A program made the position numbers and the translations under genes. From Gemmatimonadaceae bacterium (lineage in GTDB: Bacteria > Gemmatimonadota > Gemmatimonadetes > Gemmatimonadales > Gemmatimonadaceae), in the NCBI GenBank assembly GCA_051859245.1, contig JBHYGA010000005.1, positions 827,537 through 891,536 on the forward strand: DNA of 64,000 nt. Reading direction: 5' to 3'. Positions 1-10,521 of the stretch are shown one piece after another. Numbering within the stretch: position 1 is the first letter of the stretch; each line of letters begins with the position of its first letter. A model generated the notes under the pieces. It was not told where the DNA came from. It did no database searches and worked only from the letters and a program-made list of their open reading frames with translations.

Positions 1-1
1 G

Positions 2-520
2 TGGATTGGTGCACCGGTGGGTGCGGGCGTGATGTACATTCGGGCCGGTCGACTCGACGCGATTGACCGCGCGCACGGTGACGAAGGGTCGCTCGATCGC
101 ATCGATAGTCGCATTCACACCGGCACCACAGATTTTGCGACGGTACTCACGATTCCGGACGCTCTCGATTTTCAGGCTACGATCGGCTTTGCAAACAAGA
201 GCGCTCGGCTGCGCTTTCTCCGAGACCGATGGGCGGTGCCCGCACGCGCCATCCCGGGCGTTGATATTCTCACACCAGATGAACCGGGGCTGGTAGGAGC
301 GATTACCGCGTTTCGCCTGCACGGACGCGGCACGCGAGAGGCCAATCAGGCCGTGGCGCGAACGCTGCTCGAGGAGTTTGGCCTGTTCACCGTGTGGCGC
401 AATGGCCTGGCCAAAGGCGACTGTGTACGTGTCACGCCCGCGCTCTACAACACGCCGGCCGATTGTGACCGATTGCTGGTCGCGCTGCGCGAGATCGCGT
501 CGCGCTCAAGTGGCGCATGA
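2..520 (+). CDS. Class V PLP-dependent aminotransferase (isopenicillin N epimerase/cysteine desulfurase-like), 5'-truncated by the window edge
   Basis: Frame from nt 2 reads WIGAPVGAGVMYIR (the segment after the PLP lysine, HKWxxxPxG) and ends with the class V motif VRVTPALYNTPADCDRL. Confidence 0.8.
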   Translation, partial: WIGAPVGAGVMYIRAGRLDAIDRAHGDEGSLDRIDSRIHTGTTDFATVLTIPDALDFQATIGFANKSARLRFLRDRWAVPARAIPGVDILTPDEPGLVGAITAFRLHGRGTREANQAVARTLLEEFGLFTVWRNGLAKGDCVRVTPALYNTPADCDRLLVALREIASRSSGA

Positions 521-575
521 GAATCTCCCCTGCGCAGCCTGACGCACGCGTGAGTGATTGCGCATACTTCGATCT

Positions 576-1055
576 ATGAAATCTTCGTGGATCAGTCTGG
601 CGGTCTGGATCGTGGGAACGAGTCTGGCCGCGATCAGTGGCGCCGTTACGGCGAAAGAGGCGGCTCGCTTTTACGGATTGCTCGAGAAGCCACGCTGGGC
701 CCCCCCCGCGTGGCTGTTTGGCCCGGCCTGGACCGTGCTCTACATCGTGATGGCCGTGGCGGCCTGGCGGATCTGGCGCGAGTTTGGCTTCGATGGAGCA
801 CGTGGCGAGCTCATCCTTTATGGCGTGCAGTTGGCACTGAACGCGGCCTGGAGCTGGTTCTTCTTTGTCAGGCACACCGGTCTTGGTGCTACCATCGAAG
901 TGTCGTTCATGCTCACCGCGGTGATCGCGACCATGACGGCGTTCGCATTGCGCGATCCGATCGCCGGACTGTTATTTGTGCCGTACGTCATGTGGGTGTC
1001 GTTCGCAACAGCGCTCACCGTCTCAGTGTGGCGGCGTAATCCCACATTGCTGTAA
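576..1055 (+). CDS. tspO: TspO/MBR tryptophan-rich sensory protein
   Basis: LEKPRWAPPAWLFGPAWTVLY, QLALNAAWSWFFF and LFVPYVMWVSFATAL motifs; five hydrophobic segments. ATG at 576 preferred over TTG at 558. Confidence 0.92.
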   Translation: MKSSWISLAVWIVGTSLAAISGAVTAKEAARFYGLLEKPRWAPPAWLFGPAWTVLYIVMAVAAWRIWREFGFDGARGELILYGVQLALNAAWSWFFFVRHTGLGATIEVSFMLTAVIATMTAFALRDPIAGLLFVPYVMWVSFATALTVSVWRRNPTLL

Positions 1056-1072
1056 AACCCTTACTCCCCCAC

Positions 1073-2887
1073 ATGACGTTTCCGCCGCTGCCGCCGGCTA
1101 TTGAGGAAATGTTCGACGTGATCCGCCCGCTTGGTCAGGGTGGAATGGGTGCCGTGTGGCTTGTGCGCGATCGATTTCTTGAGCGTGAAGTTGCGCTCAA
1201 GGTGTTGCTCGACGAGCACACGGGTTTTGACATGCGCGAGCGTTTCCTGCGAGAAGCGCGCACGAGTGCACGTCTTGAACATCCGCACATCATCGACGTG
1301 TACCGCGCCGATGAAACAGAAGGCAGCGTCTGGTTCACCATGCGGTACGTGGAGGGCGAGACACTCGGCGATCGCATTCGGGAGCGCGGCGCGCTGCCCG
1401 TGGCCGATGTGGCGCGCATTCTTCGTGAAGTGGCCTGGGGGCTCGCCTACGCGCACGCGCGCGGCATTGTGCACCGCGATATCAAACCCGACAACATTCT
1501 GCTCGATCGTGAATCCGGGCGCGCCGTGCTGTCGGACTTCGGTATTGCGCGCGATCCGTCGAACAAGGCGAGTGGTCTGACCGTTGACGGGCACGTGCTC
1601 GGTTCGGTTCACTTCATGAGTCCTGAACAGGCGTCCGGCGAAGAGCTAGACGGACGCAGTGATCTGTACGCGGTTGGTGTGGTGGGCTATCTCGCATTGA
1701 GTGGCAAACTGCCGTTTGATGGCACGCCGCAAAGTGTGCTCGTGTCTCACGTGACCAAAGCAGTACCGTCACTCGACGACGTCGCGCCAAGTTTGCCGCG
1801 CAGTATTGTTGATGTGATTGAGCGCTGTCTCCGAAAGAATCCGGCCGATCGGTATGCATCGGCAGACGCACTCGCGGGTGCGCTCGACGCCGCCATGCGC
1901 GACGCGCAACAAATCGCTCAGCGTGACGCAGACTCGTCGCCCGGCGCGGTGCTTTCGTCGGAGGACGCACTGGTGATCTGGCAGCGCGCCGCACAGTTGC
2001 AGGCGGAAGCGGCTCATCGCATGGAGCGCAATGCGCGGTTGCAGAGCAACAATGGCGCGAACGCTGGTGTGAGTGAGCCGGGTAGCTTTCGTGTGGCGGA
2101 AGTTGAGGCCGCCGCTGTCGAAGCGGGCATTTCGCGACAGTATGTGGCGTTGGCGCTGGCAGAGCGGCGGGCTGGCGATCGGAACGCGAATGCCGTCGTG
2201 CTGAGTGAATCACAGGACGCACAGTTTACCGCGCTGCTTGGCACGAAGGACCGCGCCGTCAGCGTATCGCGTGTGATCCCAGCGTCGCCCAAGGTCACGC
2301 TGGCGGCGATCGGCGCCGTGTTCACCGCCGATCCGTATCGGCTCAATGTCCGCGACACGGTGAACGGCCATCCGATTGACGGAGGCATTCTGCGTTTCAC
2401 CGCGCCGCGATTTACCACGGCGGCCTGGATCACCGGTGCAACATCCAAAAGCAATCTGCTGTATCGTTTGGAGCAGATTGAGTTGTTCGATCTCAACGTG
2501 ACGCTGCAGCCACGCGGCACGCCGCAGCATCCGGCCTGCGAAGTGATCATTACGGGCGATCTGCGCAGTGGACTTGAACGCAATCTGCGCGCCGACAAGT
2601 GGATTGTGGGCACCAGTACCGTGATCGCCGGCGCCGGTGGAACGGCCGCACTGATCGGCACGATGGGATCGCTCGCCCTCGCGGCGCTGCCCGGAGTGGG
2701 GCTCGCCGCGATGGCTGGCAGCGCGGCGTTGGTGTGGTATCGCTGGCTCTTCCGTCAGGCGCTAGCCAAGGCCGTCATCGAGCTTGAAGGCTTGCTCGAA
2801 AGCATCGAGAAGTATCTCTCGCGCAAAGAACTTTTTGGAGATCTGGACGAGCGCGGCAACGTGCCGCGTCTTGGCGGAGCGCGCTAG
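1073..2887 (+). CDS. Hanks-type Ser/Thr protein kinase with C-terminal uncharacterised domain and membrane hairpin
   Basis: LGQGGMGAV, VALK, HRDIKPDN, DFG, FMSPEQ and DLYAVG motifs; Gly/Ala-rich hydrophobic stretch near the C-terminus. Confidence 0.92.
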   Translation: MTFPPLPPAIEEMFDVIRPLGQGGMGAVWLVRDRFLEREVALKVLLDEHTGFDMRERFLREARTSARLEHPHIIDVYRADETEGSVWFTMRYVEGETLGDRIRERGALPVADVARILREVAWGLAYAHARGIVHRDIKPDNILLDRESGRAVLSDFGIARDPSNKASGLTVDGHVLGSVHFMSPEQASGEELDGRSDLYAVGVVGYLALSGKLPFDGTPQSVLVSHVTKAVPSLDDVAPSLPRSIVDVIERCLRKNPADRYASADALAGALDAAMRDAQQIAQRDADSSPGAVLSSEDALVIWQRAAQLQAEAAHRMERNARLQSNNGANAGVSEPGSFRVAEVEAAAVEAGISRQYVALALAERRAGDRNANAVVLSESQDAQFTALLGTKDRAVSVSRVIPASPKVTLAAIGAVFTADPYRLNVRDTVNGHPIDGGILRFTAPRFTTAAWITGATSKSNLLYRLEQIELFDLNVTLQPRGTPQHPACEVIITGDLRSGLERNLRADKWIVGTSTVIAGAGGTAALIGTMGSLALAALPGVGLAAMAGSAALVWYRWLFRQALAKAVIELEGLLESIEKYLSRKELFGDLDERGNVPRLGGAR

Positions 2888-4377
2888 TGCGTATGGGCGA
2901 GCCACGCCGTGTGCGGCTCGCGGTAATCGGTGGTGGCTGTTCGGGCATCGCCATGGCGGCGCAGCTGCGCACGCAGGGCATCGAAGACTTTGTGATTCTC
3001 GAACGCGCCGCTGATCTTGGTGGCACGTGGCGAGATAACTCGTATCCGGGATGCGCGTGCGATGTGCAGTCGGCGCTGTATTCGTTTTCGTTCGCACCCA
3101 ATCCGGAGTGGACCCGCACCTTCTCGCCGCAGGCGGAGATCTGGGCGTATCTGCGCCGGTGTGCCGAGCAACTTGATCTGCTCAAACATTTTGCGTTCAA
3201 TCAGGATGTGCAAAGTGCACACTGGAGCGAACAGGACGCCTGTTGGCGGATCACAACGCGCGCCGGCGAGTGGAGAGCGAATGCGCTGGTCCTCGCGAGC
3301 GGAGCGCTCAGTGATCCCGTGGTGCCAGCGATCGATGGCCTGGCAAGCTTTCAGGGCCGCGTGTTTCACTCCGCGCAGTGGGACCATACGTTCGATTTCA
3401 GCAACGCGCGCGTGGCGGTAGTGGGGACTGGCGCGTCGGCAATACAGTTTGTGCCGCGCATTCAACCACACGTCTCGCAGTTGCATCTGTTTCAGCGCTC
3501 CGCACCATGGGTGCTACCGCGCCGAGATCGCGCGGTACCCGAGTGGCGCAAACGCGTGTATCGCGCAATCCCGGCCGCGCAGCGAGCATCGCGCGCCGCG
3601 GTGTACCTACTTCGTGAGTTGATCTTCTTTCCGTTTCGATATCCGCAGCTGGTTGGGCTTGCCGAGGCGGTCGCGCAGTGGCATCTCAAGTCGCAGGTCA
3701 AGAATGCAGCGCTGCGCGAGAAGCTCACGCCAACTTATCGGCTGGGTTGCAAACGTGTGCTGGTGTCCGACGACTACTACCCGGCCGTTGCGCAGCCCAA
3801 CGTTTCTCTCATCACACAACCGATCGCGCGCGTGAACGCGCACGGTGTGGAAACGGTCAACGGCGAGCAGCACACGGTTGACGCGATCATTTTCGGCACC
3901 GGATTTCGACCCACCGATCCACCGCTCGCTCCGCACATCACCGGACGCGACGGCCGCACGCTCGACGACGTCTGGCAGGGGAGTCCGTCGGCCTATCGTG
4001 GCACAACCGTTGCCGGGTTCCCCAACTTCTTCGTATTGCTCGGCCCCAACACGGGCCTTGGGCACACATCAATTCTGCTGATGGTGGAAGCGCAGACGCG
4101 TCATGTGGCGCAAGTGCTTGCGGCCATGGACAAGCGCGGTGCGCGTTCGGTTGAACCAACCAGCGAAGCGCAGCGCGCCTTTGATCGATGGATCGAAACC
4201 AATCTCGCCCGCACCGTGTGGAACACCGGCGGGTGCCGCAGTTGGTATCTCGACGCCAATGGTCGAAACTCCACGCTCTGGCCGTTTGGCATTGGGCGCT
4301 TTCGCCGTCTGATGTCGCACCTCGATGAACGCGACTATCGCTTTACGATCGCGCACCCTTCGCCCAACGCCTCATGA
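2887..4377 (+). CDS. Flavin-containing monooxygenase (type I Baeyer-Villiger monooxygenase family)
   Basis: GGGCSG and GTGASA Rossmann motifs, GGTWRDNSYPG, and the BVMO fingerprint FQGRVFHSAQWD. Confidence 0.9.
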   Translation: MRMGEPRRVRLAVIGGGCSGIAMAAQLRTQGIEDFVILERAADLGGTWRDNSYPGCACDVQSALYSFSFAPNPEWTRTFSPQAEIWAYLRRCAEQLDLLKHFAFNQDVQSAHWSEQDACWRITTRAGEWRANALVLASGALSDPVVPAIDGLASFQGRVFHSAQWDHTFDFSNARVAVVGTGASAIQFVPRIQPHVSQLHLFQRSAPWVLPRRDRAVPEWRKRVYRAIPAAQRASRAAVYLLRELIFFPFRYPQLVGLAEAVAQWHLKSQVKNAALREKLTPTYRLGCKRVLVSDDYYPAVAQPNVSLITQPIARVNAHGVETVNGEQHTVDAIIFGTGFRPTDPPLAPHITGRDGRTLDDVWQGSPSAYRGTTVAGFPNFFVLLGPNTGLGHTSILLMVEAQTRHVAQVLAAMDKRGARSVEPTSEAQRAFDRWIETNLARTVWNTGGCRSWYLDANGRNSTLWPFGIGRFRRLMSHLDERDYRFTIAHPSPNAS

Positions 4378-5417
4378 AGTATCAACTCGAGGCGGCATTT
4401 GCCAGACTGACGAGTCGACTTCCGTCTGCATTGCTTCTGCGTGTGATCAACGAGCCGGCAACGGTTTGCGACGGTCACACGCTGGATCCACAGGTGCAGT
4501 TTTTGCTGCGCATGCAACAACTCACTGGCCGCCCCGGGTTCTGCGACCCAACGCCCGAGGCGGGGCGGCAGCGGTACCGTGCGGAAACATCGGCGCATGT
4601 TCGTTCACCCACTGCGGTGGGGAGCGTGCGCGATATCGCGATTCCTGCCGATGCTCGCACGTTGCGCGCGCGACACTACGCACCGGCGGCGACAGCGTCA
4701 TCGCCAACGCCGCTGCTGGTGTACTTGCATGGCGGTGGATTTGTGATCGGTGATCTCGATACGCACGATGAACCCTGTCGCTTGTTGTGTCACCACGCCC
4801 AGACACACGTACTGAGCGTTGAATACCGGCTGGCACCCGAACACCCGTTTCCGGCGGCGGTCGAGGACAGCATTTTCGCGCTTGCGTGGGCGCAGGAGCA
4901 CGCACTGTCGCTCGGCGCGGATCCCACGCGGGTGTGTGTTGGTGGAGACAGCGCCGGGGCCAACCTGGCCACCGTGGCGGCTCATGTTCGCGCCTTGCAA
5001 GGGCGGGCCGCCTCCGCACAGTTGCTGATCTATCCGGTGATGGATCGCGCGGAAACGTCGTCACGTCGCGATTTTGCCAGGGGATTCCTGCTCGAGCAGC
5101 GTGACATGCTCGCGTTCGACCGGTATTACACCCCCGAACCCGTCGGCGATGATCGTGTCTGGCAGGTGAATCCGCTGCATGCGCCCGAACTGCACCGTTT
5201 ACCGCCAACGATGCTCGTGACGGCTGGTTTTGATCCGTTGCGTGACGAAGGGCAGGCCTACGCCAGCGCGCTCCGGGCCGCGGGCGTGTCGGTTCGTGAA
5301 CGCTGCGAAGGTTCGCTTGTGCATGGATTTCTGCACATGACCGCTGCGGTTCCCGCGGCCGCCCGCGCCACGCGTGAGATCGCCGCCGAGTGGCGAGCGC
5401 TTGTCACGCCCGCATAG
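4374..5417 (+). CDS. Alpha/beta hydrolase, hormone-sensitive lipase family esterase
   Basis: HGGGF oxyanion motif, GDSAG nucleophile, DPLRDEG and HGF catalytic motifs. Confidence 0.92.
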   Translation: MKYQLEAAFARLTSRLPSALLLRVINEPATVCDGHTLDPQVQFLLRMQQLTGRPGFCDPTPEAGRQRYRAETSAHVRSPTAVGSVRDIAIPADARTLRARHYAPAATASSPTPLLVYLHGGGFVIGDLDTHDEPCRLLCHHAQTHVLSVEYRLAPEHPFPAAVEDSIFALAWAQEHALSLGADPTRVCVGGDSAGANLATVAAHVRALQGRAASAQLLIYPVMDRAETSSRRDFARGFLLEQRDMLAFDRYYTPEPVGDDRVWQVNPLHAPELHRLPPTMLVTAGFDPLRDEGQAYASALRAAGVSVRERCEGSLVHGFLHMTAAVPAAARATREIAAEWRALVTPA

Positions 5418-5425
5418 TTTGCAGC

Positions 5426-7021
5426 ATGTCAGACGAACGCCTTTCTCCCTCAGGAATTCCGCTGCCGGTGGCCGCCCGCCCGGCTGACGCGCCCATCGAC
5501 TACGCCAACGACCTTGGCGATCCCGGCGTGTTTCCGTACACGCGCGGCGTACAGCCCAACATGTATCGCGGCCGACACTGGACCATGCGCCAGTACGCGG
5601 GATTCGGCACGGCGCAGGCGACCAACACCCGCTTCAAGCTGTTGCTTGAAGCGGGCCAAACCGGTCTGTCGGTGGCGTTCGATCTGCCCACGCAAATGGG
5701 GCTCGATTCGAGTGACCCACGCGCGCTCGGCGAAGTGGGGCGTGTAGGTGTCGCGATCGACACTGTGGATGACATGCACACATTGCTCGACGGGATTCCG
5801 CTCGACAAAGTGTCAACATCCATGACGATCAACGCCACGGCCGCGACGTTGCTGGCCATGTACATCGTGGTGGCGGAAGAGCGGGGTATCGCACGCAGCG
5901 CACTCTCGGGCACCACGCAGAACGATATTCTCAAAGAGTACATCGCGCGCGGTACGTACATTTATCCACCGGCGCCGTCGCTTGCACTCACGGCGGAAAC
6001 GTTCAGGTTCTGCGCGCAGGAAGTGCCCAGCTGGAATCCGATTTCCATTTCGGGCTATCACATCCGTGAAGCGGGCAGTACGGCTGTACAGGAAGTGGCG
6101 TTCACGTTTGCTGATGGACTGGCGTACGTGCAACAGGCCATCGATACCGGCCTCGCGGTGGATGATTTTGCACCGCGACTGTCGTTCTTCTTTGCCGCAC
6201 ATAACGATCTGTTCGAAGAAGTGGCCAAGTTTCGTGCGGCTCGCCGTTTGTGGGCGCGGCTCATGCGCGATCGGTTCTCGGCGAACGAGAAATCATGTCG
6301 CCTTCGCTTTCACACACAAACGGGTGGTGTTACACTCACCGCGCAGCAGCCGCTGACCAACGTGGTGCGCGTCACGGTGCAAGCGCTTGCCGCGGCGCTC
6401 GGTGGCACGCAGTCACTGCACACCAACGGCTACGACGAAGCGCTCGCCCTTCCGACGGGTGAATCGGCCACGCTGGCGCTGCGCACGCAGCAGGTGATCG
6501 CGTACGAAAGCGGTCTGGCGCAAACGGTCGATCCACTCGCTGGCAGCTGGTACGTGGAGCAGCTCACCAACGAAATTGAGTCGCGTGCCATGGCGCTGAT
6601 TACGCACGTCGATGAACTCGGCGGCGCCGTGGCTGGCATTGAAGCCGGTTTCTTTCAGGACGAAATCGGACGGAGCGCCTACGCGCAACAACTGCGTATT
6701 GAGGCGGGTGAAACGGTTATCGTTGGCGTTAACAAGTTTGGTGACGGGCAGGATCCCCCAATCATTCCTGCGCCTGATTTCTCCGCGCTTGAACTGGAGC
6801 AGGTCGCGCGTTTGCGCGAGTGCAAGGCACATCGTGATGATGCCGCGGTTCAGCAGTCGTTGTCTGCGCTGCGCGCCGCGGCGCCATCGTATTTGCCGGA
6901 GCATATTGGCGAGCGCACACATCTCATGCCGCTCGTGATTGACGCGGTACGCGCGCGTGCATCGGTTGGTGAAATCGCTGCGGCGCTTGGTGAGGTGTGG
7001 GGGCGCTACCAGCCCGTGTAG
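5426..7021 (+). CDS. Methylmalonyl-CoA mutase, substrate-binding (large) subunit with no B12-binding domain
   Basis: [42 protein letters not shown] and [11 protein letters not shown] motifs; no C-terminal DxHxxG domain. Confidence 0.92.
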   Translation: MSDERLSPSGIPLPVAARPADAPIDYANDLGDPGVFPYTRGVQPNMYRGRHWTMRQYAGFGTAQATNTRFKLLLEAGQTGLSVAFDLPTQMGLDSSDPRALGEVGRVGVAIDTVDDMHTLLDGIPLDKVSTSMTINATAATLLAMYIVVAEERGIARSALSGTTQNDILKEYIARGTYIYPPAPSLALTAETFRFCAQEVPSWNPISISGYHIREAGSTAVQEVAFTFADGLAYVQQAIDTGLAVDDFAPRLSFFFAAHNDLFEEVAKFRAARRLWARLMRDRFSANEKSCRLRFHTQTGGVTLTAQQPLTNVVRVTVQALAAALGGTQSLHTNGYDEALALPTGESATLALRTQQVIAYESGLAQTVDPLAGSWYVEQLTNEIESRAMALITHVDELGGAVAGIEAGFFQDEIGRSAYAQQLRIEAGETVIVGVNKFGDGQDPPIIPAPDFSALELEQVARLRECKAHRDDAAVQQSLSALRAAAPSYLPEHIGERTHLMPLVIDAVRARASVGEIAAALGEVWGRYQPV

Positions 7022-7025
7022 CTGC

Positions 7026-8072
7026 ATGTACACCACCTGTATCTTTTGTCACGCAGCGCTCGGCGCCAACGACGTTATTGAACAGTTCCCTGTTGGCCGT
7101 CGCATCGCATTCGACGCCGATCAGGGTCGCCTGTGGGTCGTGTGTCCCAAGTGTGAACGCTGGAATCTCTCGCCGTTTGAAACACGCTGGGAAGCGATAG
7201 AAGAAGCGGAGCGTCAATACCGAAATACACGCCGCCGTGTCGCCACCGACAACATTGCCCTCGCGCGTCTGCCTGAGGGACTAGAGCTCGTGCGCATCGG
7301 TCGACCGCTCAGACCAGAGTTTGCGGCGTGGCGATACGGTGATCAGTTCGGACGTCGACGGCGGCGCCTCTTGGGCTATGGCTTGGGAGGGGCGGCATTG
7401 GCGGCGGTGGGTGTCGTCGCCGTCGGACCGGCCGTTGCGGTTGGCGCGGGATTGGGTTTTCTCCCCTCGCTCGTCAACCTCGGCAATACGCTCCTCCATT
7501 ATTCCCGTCCCGTTGCGCGTATGCATGACCGCAACGGTGACGTACTCGGACTCACTCGAAACAATCTTGTGCATGCGGAGCTGAGTGTTTTCAGTGAAAA
7601 CGCGGTCGCGCTCACTTTCGACCATCGTCGCTTCGCGCGCGACGGTGCACTATCCTCGAGGTTGGGCGTAGCCGGGAAAGGACGCGCCGAGCTACACGGC
7701 GACGAGGCACTCCGCGCGCTCGCCAGTCTGTTGCCCGCGCTTAATCGAAGTGGCGGAAGCGATCGATCCGTAGCACGAGCGGTACACGCAGTAGAAGCGG
7801 CGGGGTCAATCGGCACGTTGCTACAGCACGCGTCCAATTCTGATCGCCGGTCTCCGCTCAGCGTGGCCGCATGGTCAAGTGGGAGTACGCATCGTCATGC
7901 GCTGATCACGTACACCACACCCATGCGCCTCGCGCTCGAAATGGCGCTACACGAAGACGATGAACGCCGCGCGATGGCCGGTGAACTCGGCGCGCTCTAC
8001 GCCCGGTGGGAAGAAGCCGAGCGTGTGGCCAGGATTGCAGATGGCGAGCTGACGTCACTGCCGAACGCTTAG
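7026..8072 (+). CDS. Uncharacterised zinc-ribbon/membrane protein, paralogue 1 of 4
   Basis: MYTTCIFC...VVCPKCERWNLSP head, RRRRR followed by a hydrophobic hairpin, tail LALEMALHEDDERRAMAGEL; clearly similar to the three genes at 11504-14572. Confidence 0.85.
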   Translation: MYTTCIFCHAALGANDVIEQFPVGRRIAFDADQGRLWVVCPKCERWNLSPFETRWEAIEEAERQYRNTRRRVATDNIALARLPEGLELVRIGRPLRPEFAAWRYGDQFGRRRRRLLGYGLGGAALAAVGVVAVGPAVAVGAGLGFLPSLVNLGNTLLHYSRPVARMHDRNGDVLGLTRNNLVHAELSVFSENAVALTFDHRRFARDGALSSRLGVAGKGRAELHGDEALRALASLLPALNRSGGSDRSVARAVHAVEAAGSIGTLLQHASNSDRRSPLSVAAWSSGSTHRHALITYTTPMRLALEMALHEDDERRAMAGELGALYARWEEAERVARIADGELTSLPNA

Positions 8073-8134
8073 TCAGAGCAATGGACTGATCGGTCCATCA
8101 GGCGTGGTGGGCGAGGCCGACTAGTATTCTCGCC

Positions 8135-10492
8135 ATGCGTCTCCTGTTGCTCTGTCTGCTGCTCGTCACATCGGCCCCGCTCGCTCTGGCGCAGCGTGGC
8201 GACTCGCGCGTCTATCACGCGCGCGACGGCAACACTGCCGTGGCCCTGAGCGCGCCGGTTGATGCCACCATTGTTATCGATGGCAAGCTCGATGAGCCGG
8301 TGTGGAGCAGTGCGGCCAGACTCACGGGCTTTTCCATGTACCGGCCGGTGGATCAGCAGGCCGCGCCGGATTCCACCGAGATTCTTGTCTGGTATTCATC
8401 GGCCGCGCTTCACATTGGCGTGCGTGCGTTTGAAACGCATGGCGCGGTGCGGGCAACGCTGGCAGATCGCGATCGTGTCGCCAGCGATGATCACGTGGAG
8501 ATTCATCTCGACACCTTCGATGAGCGTCGACGCGCGTTTGTCTTTATGGTGAACGCACTCGGCATTCAGGCCGACGGCACAAAAGCCGAAGGTGGTGGAT
8601 TCATTCCCGGCTCGAACGTGGCACCTGGTCAGAATGATCTGAGTCCGGACTTTCAGTGGCAGTCGCGCGGTGAGGTCACCGACTACGGCTATGAAGTGGA
8701 GCTGCGCATTCCGTTCAGCAGCCTGCGATTTCCCGAAGGCGGGCCGCAGCGTTGGGGCTTTCAGGTCATTCGCCACGTGCAACACAGCGGCTACCAGCAA
8801 ACGTGGACACCCGCGCGGCAGGGCGCCGCGTCATTCGTTGGGCAGGCCGGTTCGCTCGAAGGTCTGCGCGACATGCGACATGGTCTCGATGTGACGCTGA
8901 ATCCGGAGCTGACCACCAGCGTGGCTGGTGTGCCGGCAGTGGCTGGTTCCGGCGACGCATGGCAATACACCAACACGCCGCGCATTGGTGGCAACATTCG
9001 CGCTGGCCTCGGCAGCAACTTCGTGCTTAACGGCGCCATCCGACCGGATTTTTCGCAGGTGGAAGCAGACGCGTTGCAGGTGGCCGCCGATCCACGCTTC
9101 GCGCTCTTTTATCCCGAACGCCGTCCCTTCTTCGTGGAAGGTTCGGATCAGTTCAACGTGCCCAATACGCTGGTGTACACGCGTCGCATTGTGCAGCCGG
9201 ATGCAGCGCTCAAACTCACGGGCAGGGTAGGGCGCGGCAATATTTCGTTGCTCTCTGCGATTGAGGCCCCGGTCGCCGGCAGCAATGACAGTCGACCCAT
9301 CGCAAACATTGTACGCCTCACACGCGATTTTGACGAGCAATCGCAAGCTGGTCTGTTGTACAGCGAGCGTGTTGGCGGAGGTTCAGCGAATCGTGTCATT
9401 GGCGCAGACGTGCGACATGTGTTCGGAGGCCTGTATTTCTTGCAGCTGCAGGCCGCAACGGCAATCACGCGAGCTGCGGCGCGCACGCGCAACGGTTCGC
9501 TATGGGAAGCCACGGTCGATCGCACCGGACGTTCGTGGGGGTTCAATTACAAGCTGCTCGGCATTCAGCCCGACTTTCGTGCCGACAACGGCTTTGTCGC
9601 GCGCACGGGTTATGTGCAACCCGCGCTGAATAACCGCATCACGATTTTCGGCACACCTGGTAAGCTGTTCGAACGTTACAACGTGTTTATTGGCACCTCG
9701 GGGTTGTGGCGCTACGATGACTTCTTCGCAAGTCGGCGTGTGCTCGAAACACGCTTTAGCGCGAACAATCAGGTCACCTTTCGCAAAGGCTGGTCGGTAT
9801 CGTTCACGCCTTCGTACTCCGGCTACGCGTTTGATCCGGCTGCATTTGCCAATCTCGGCACGGGCAATGGCACGGCAACGCCCGACGCATTCGTGCCGGC
9901 GCGCCAACTCAATGCCACCAGCTTTGCCTTCTCTGTATCAACACCGCAGTTCCGCCGCTTCTTCGCATCGGCTGGGGTGACACAAGCACGCGATGTGGAT
10001 TTCGCCGAAACCACGCCGGTCGACCGCACGGCCGTGACCGCCGAGCTCACGTTGCGTCCCACGGAGCGTTTGCGCGCGAACGCAACCTACGCGAGCAACG
10101 AGTTCGTGCGCACGGCCGACGGTCTCTCAAGCTTCTCCACGCGCATTCCGCGACTGCGTGTGGAGTATCAGCTCTCGCGCTTTGTGTTTGTACGCGTGGT
10201 GTCGCAGTATGAAGCCAATCGACGCGAGCCGTTGCGCGACTATCGCACGGGACTCGCGCTGCTGGAGCGACAGTCTGACGGTACGTACGTGCCGTCCGTG
10301 CGTCGCAGCAGCAACGTACTGCGCACAGACTGGCTGTTCTCCTTTCGCCCGAGGCCAGGAACCACGCTGTTTGCGGGCTACGGGAGCAGTCTCACCGAAC
10401 CAGATGCGTTGGCGTTCAGTTCGCTGCGGCGCGCGAGCGACGGCATTTTCATTAAGGCGAGCCTGTTCTTGCAGCGAAAGGCGTTTCAGTAA
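8135..10492 (+). CDS. Secreted/outer-membrane protein with CBM9-like N-terminal domain and DUF5916-like region
   Basis: Signal peptide; IDGKLDEPVW, YEVELRIPFSSLRF and PDFSQVEAD...FYPERRPFFVEG motifs; amphipathic beta-strand C-terminal half. Confidence 0.8.
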   Translation: MRLLLLCLLLVTSAPLALAQRGDSRVYHARDGNTAVALSAPVDATIVIDGKLDEPVWSSAARLTGFSMYRPVDQQAAPDSTEILVWYSSAALHIGVRAFETHGAVRATLADRDRVASDDHVEIHLDTFDERRRAFVFMVNALGIQADGTKAEGGGFIPGSNVAPGQNDLSPDFQWQSRGEVTDYGYEVELRIPFSSLRFPEGGPQRWGFQVIRHVQHSGYQQTWTPARQGAASFVGQAGSLEGLRDMRHGLDVTLNPELTTSVAGVPAVAGSGDAWQYTNTPRIGGNIRAGLGSNFVLNGAIRPDFSQVEADALQVAADPRFALFYPERRPFFVEGSDQFNVPNTLVYTRRIVQPDAALKLTGRVGRGNISLLSAIEAPVAGSNDSRPIANIVRLTRDFDEQSQAGLLYSERVGGGSANRVIGADVRHVFGGLYFLQLQAATAITRAAARTRNGSLWEATVDRTGRSWGFNYKLLGIQPDFRADNGFVARTGYVQPALNNRITIFGTPGKLFERYNVFIGTSGLWRYDDFFASRRVLETRFSANNQVTFRKGWSVSFTPSYSGYAFDPAAFANLGTGNGTATPDAFVPARQLNATSFAFSVSTPQFRRFFASAGVTQARDVDFAETTPVDRTAVTAELTLRPTERLRANATYASNEFVRTADGLSSFSTRIPRLRVEYQLSRFVFVRVVSQYEANRREPLRDYRTGLALLERQSDGTYVPSVRRSSNVLRTDWLFSFRPRPGTTLFAGYGSSLTEPDALAFSSLRRASDGIFIKASLFLQRKAFQ

Positions 10493-10521
10493 AGCAAGTC
10501 AGTGTGTGCTACGCACGAAGT

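Noticed and set aside
5426..7021. Mutase as a truncated pseudogene
   Set aside because: Split mutases with a separate B12-binding subunit are common, and this ORF ends at the normal large-subunit terminus.
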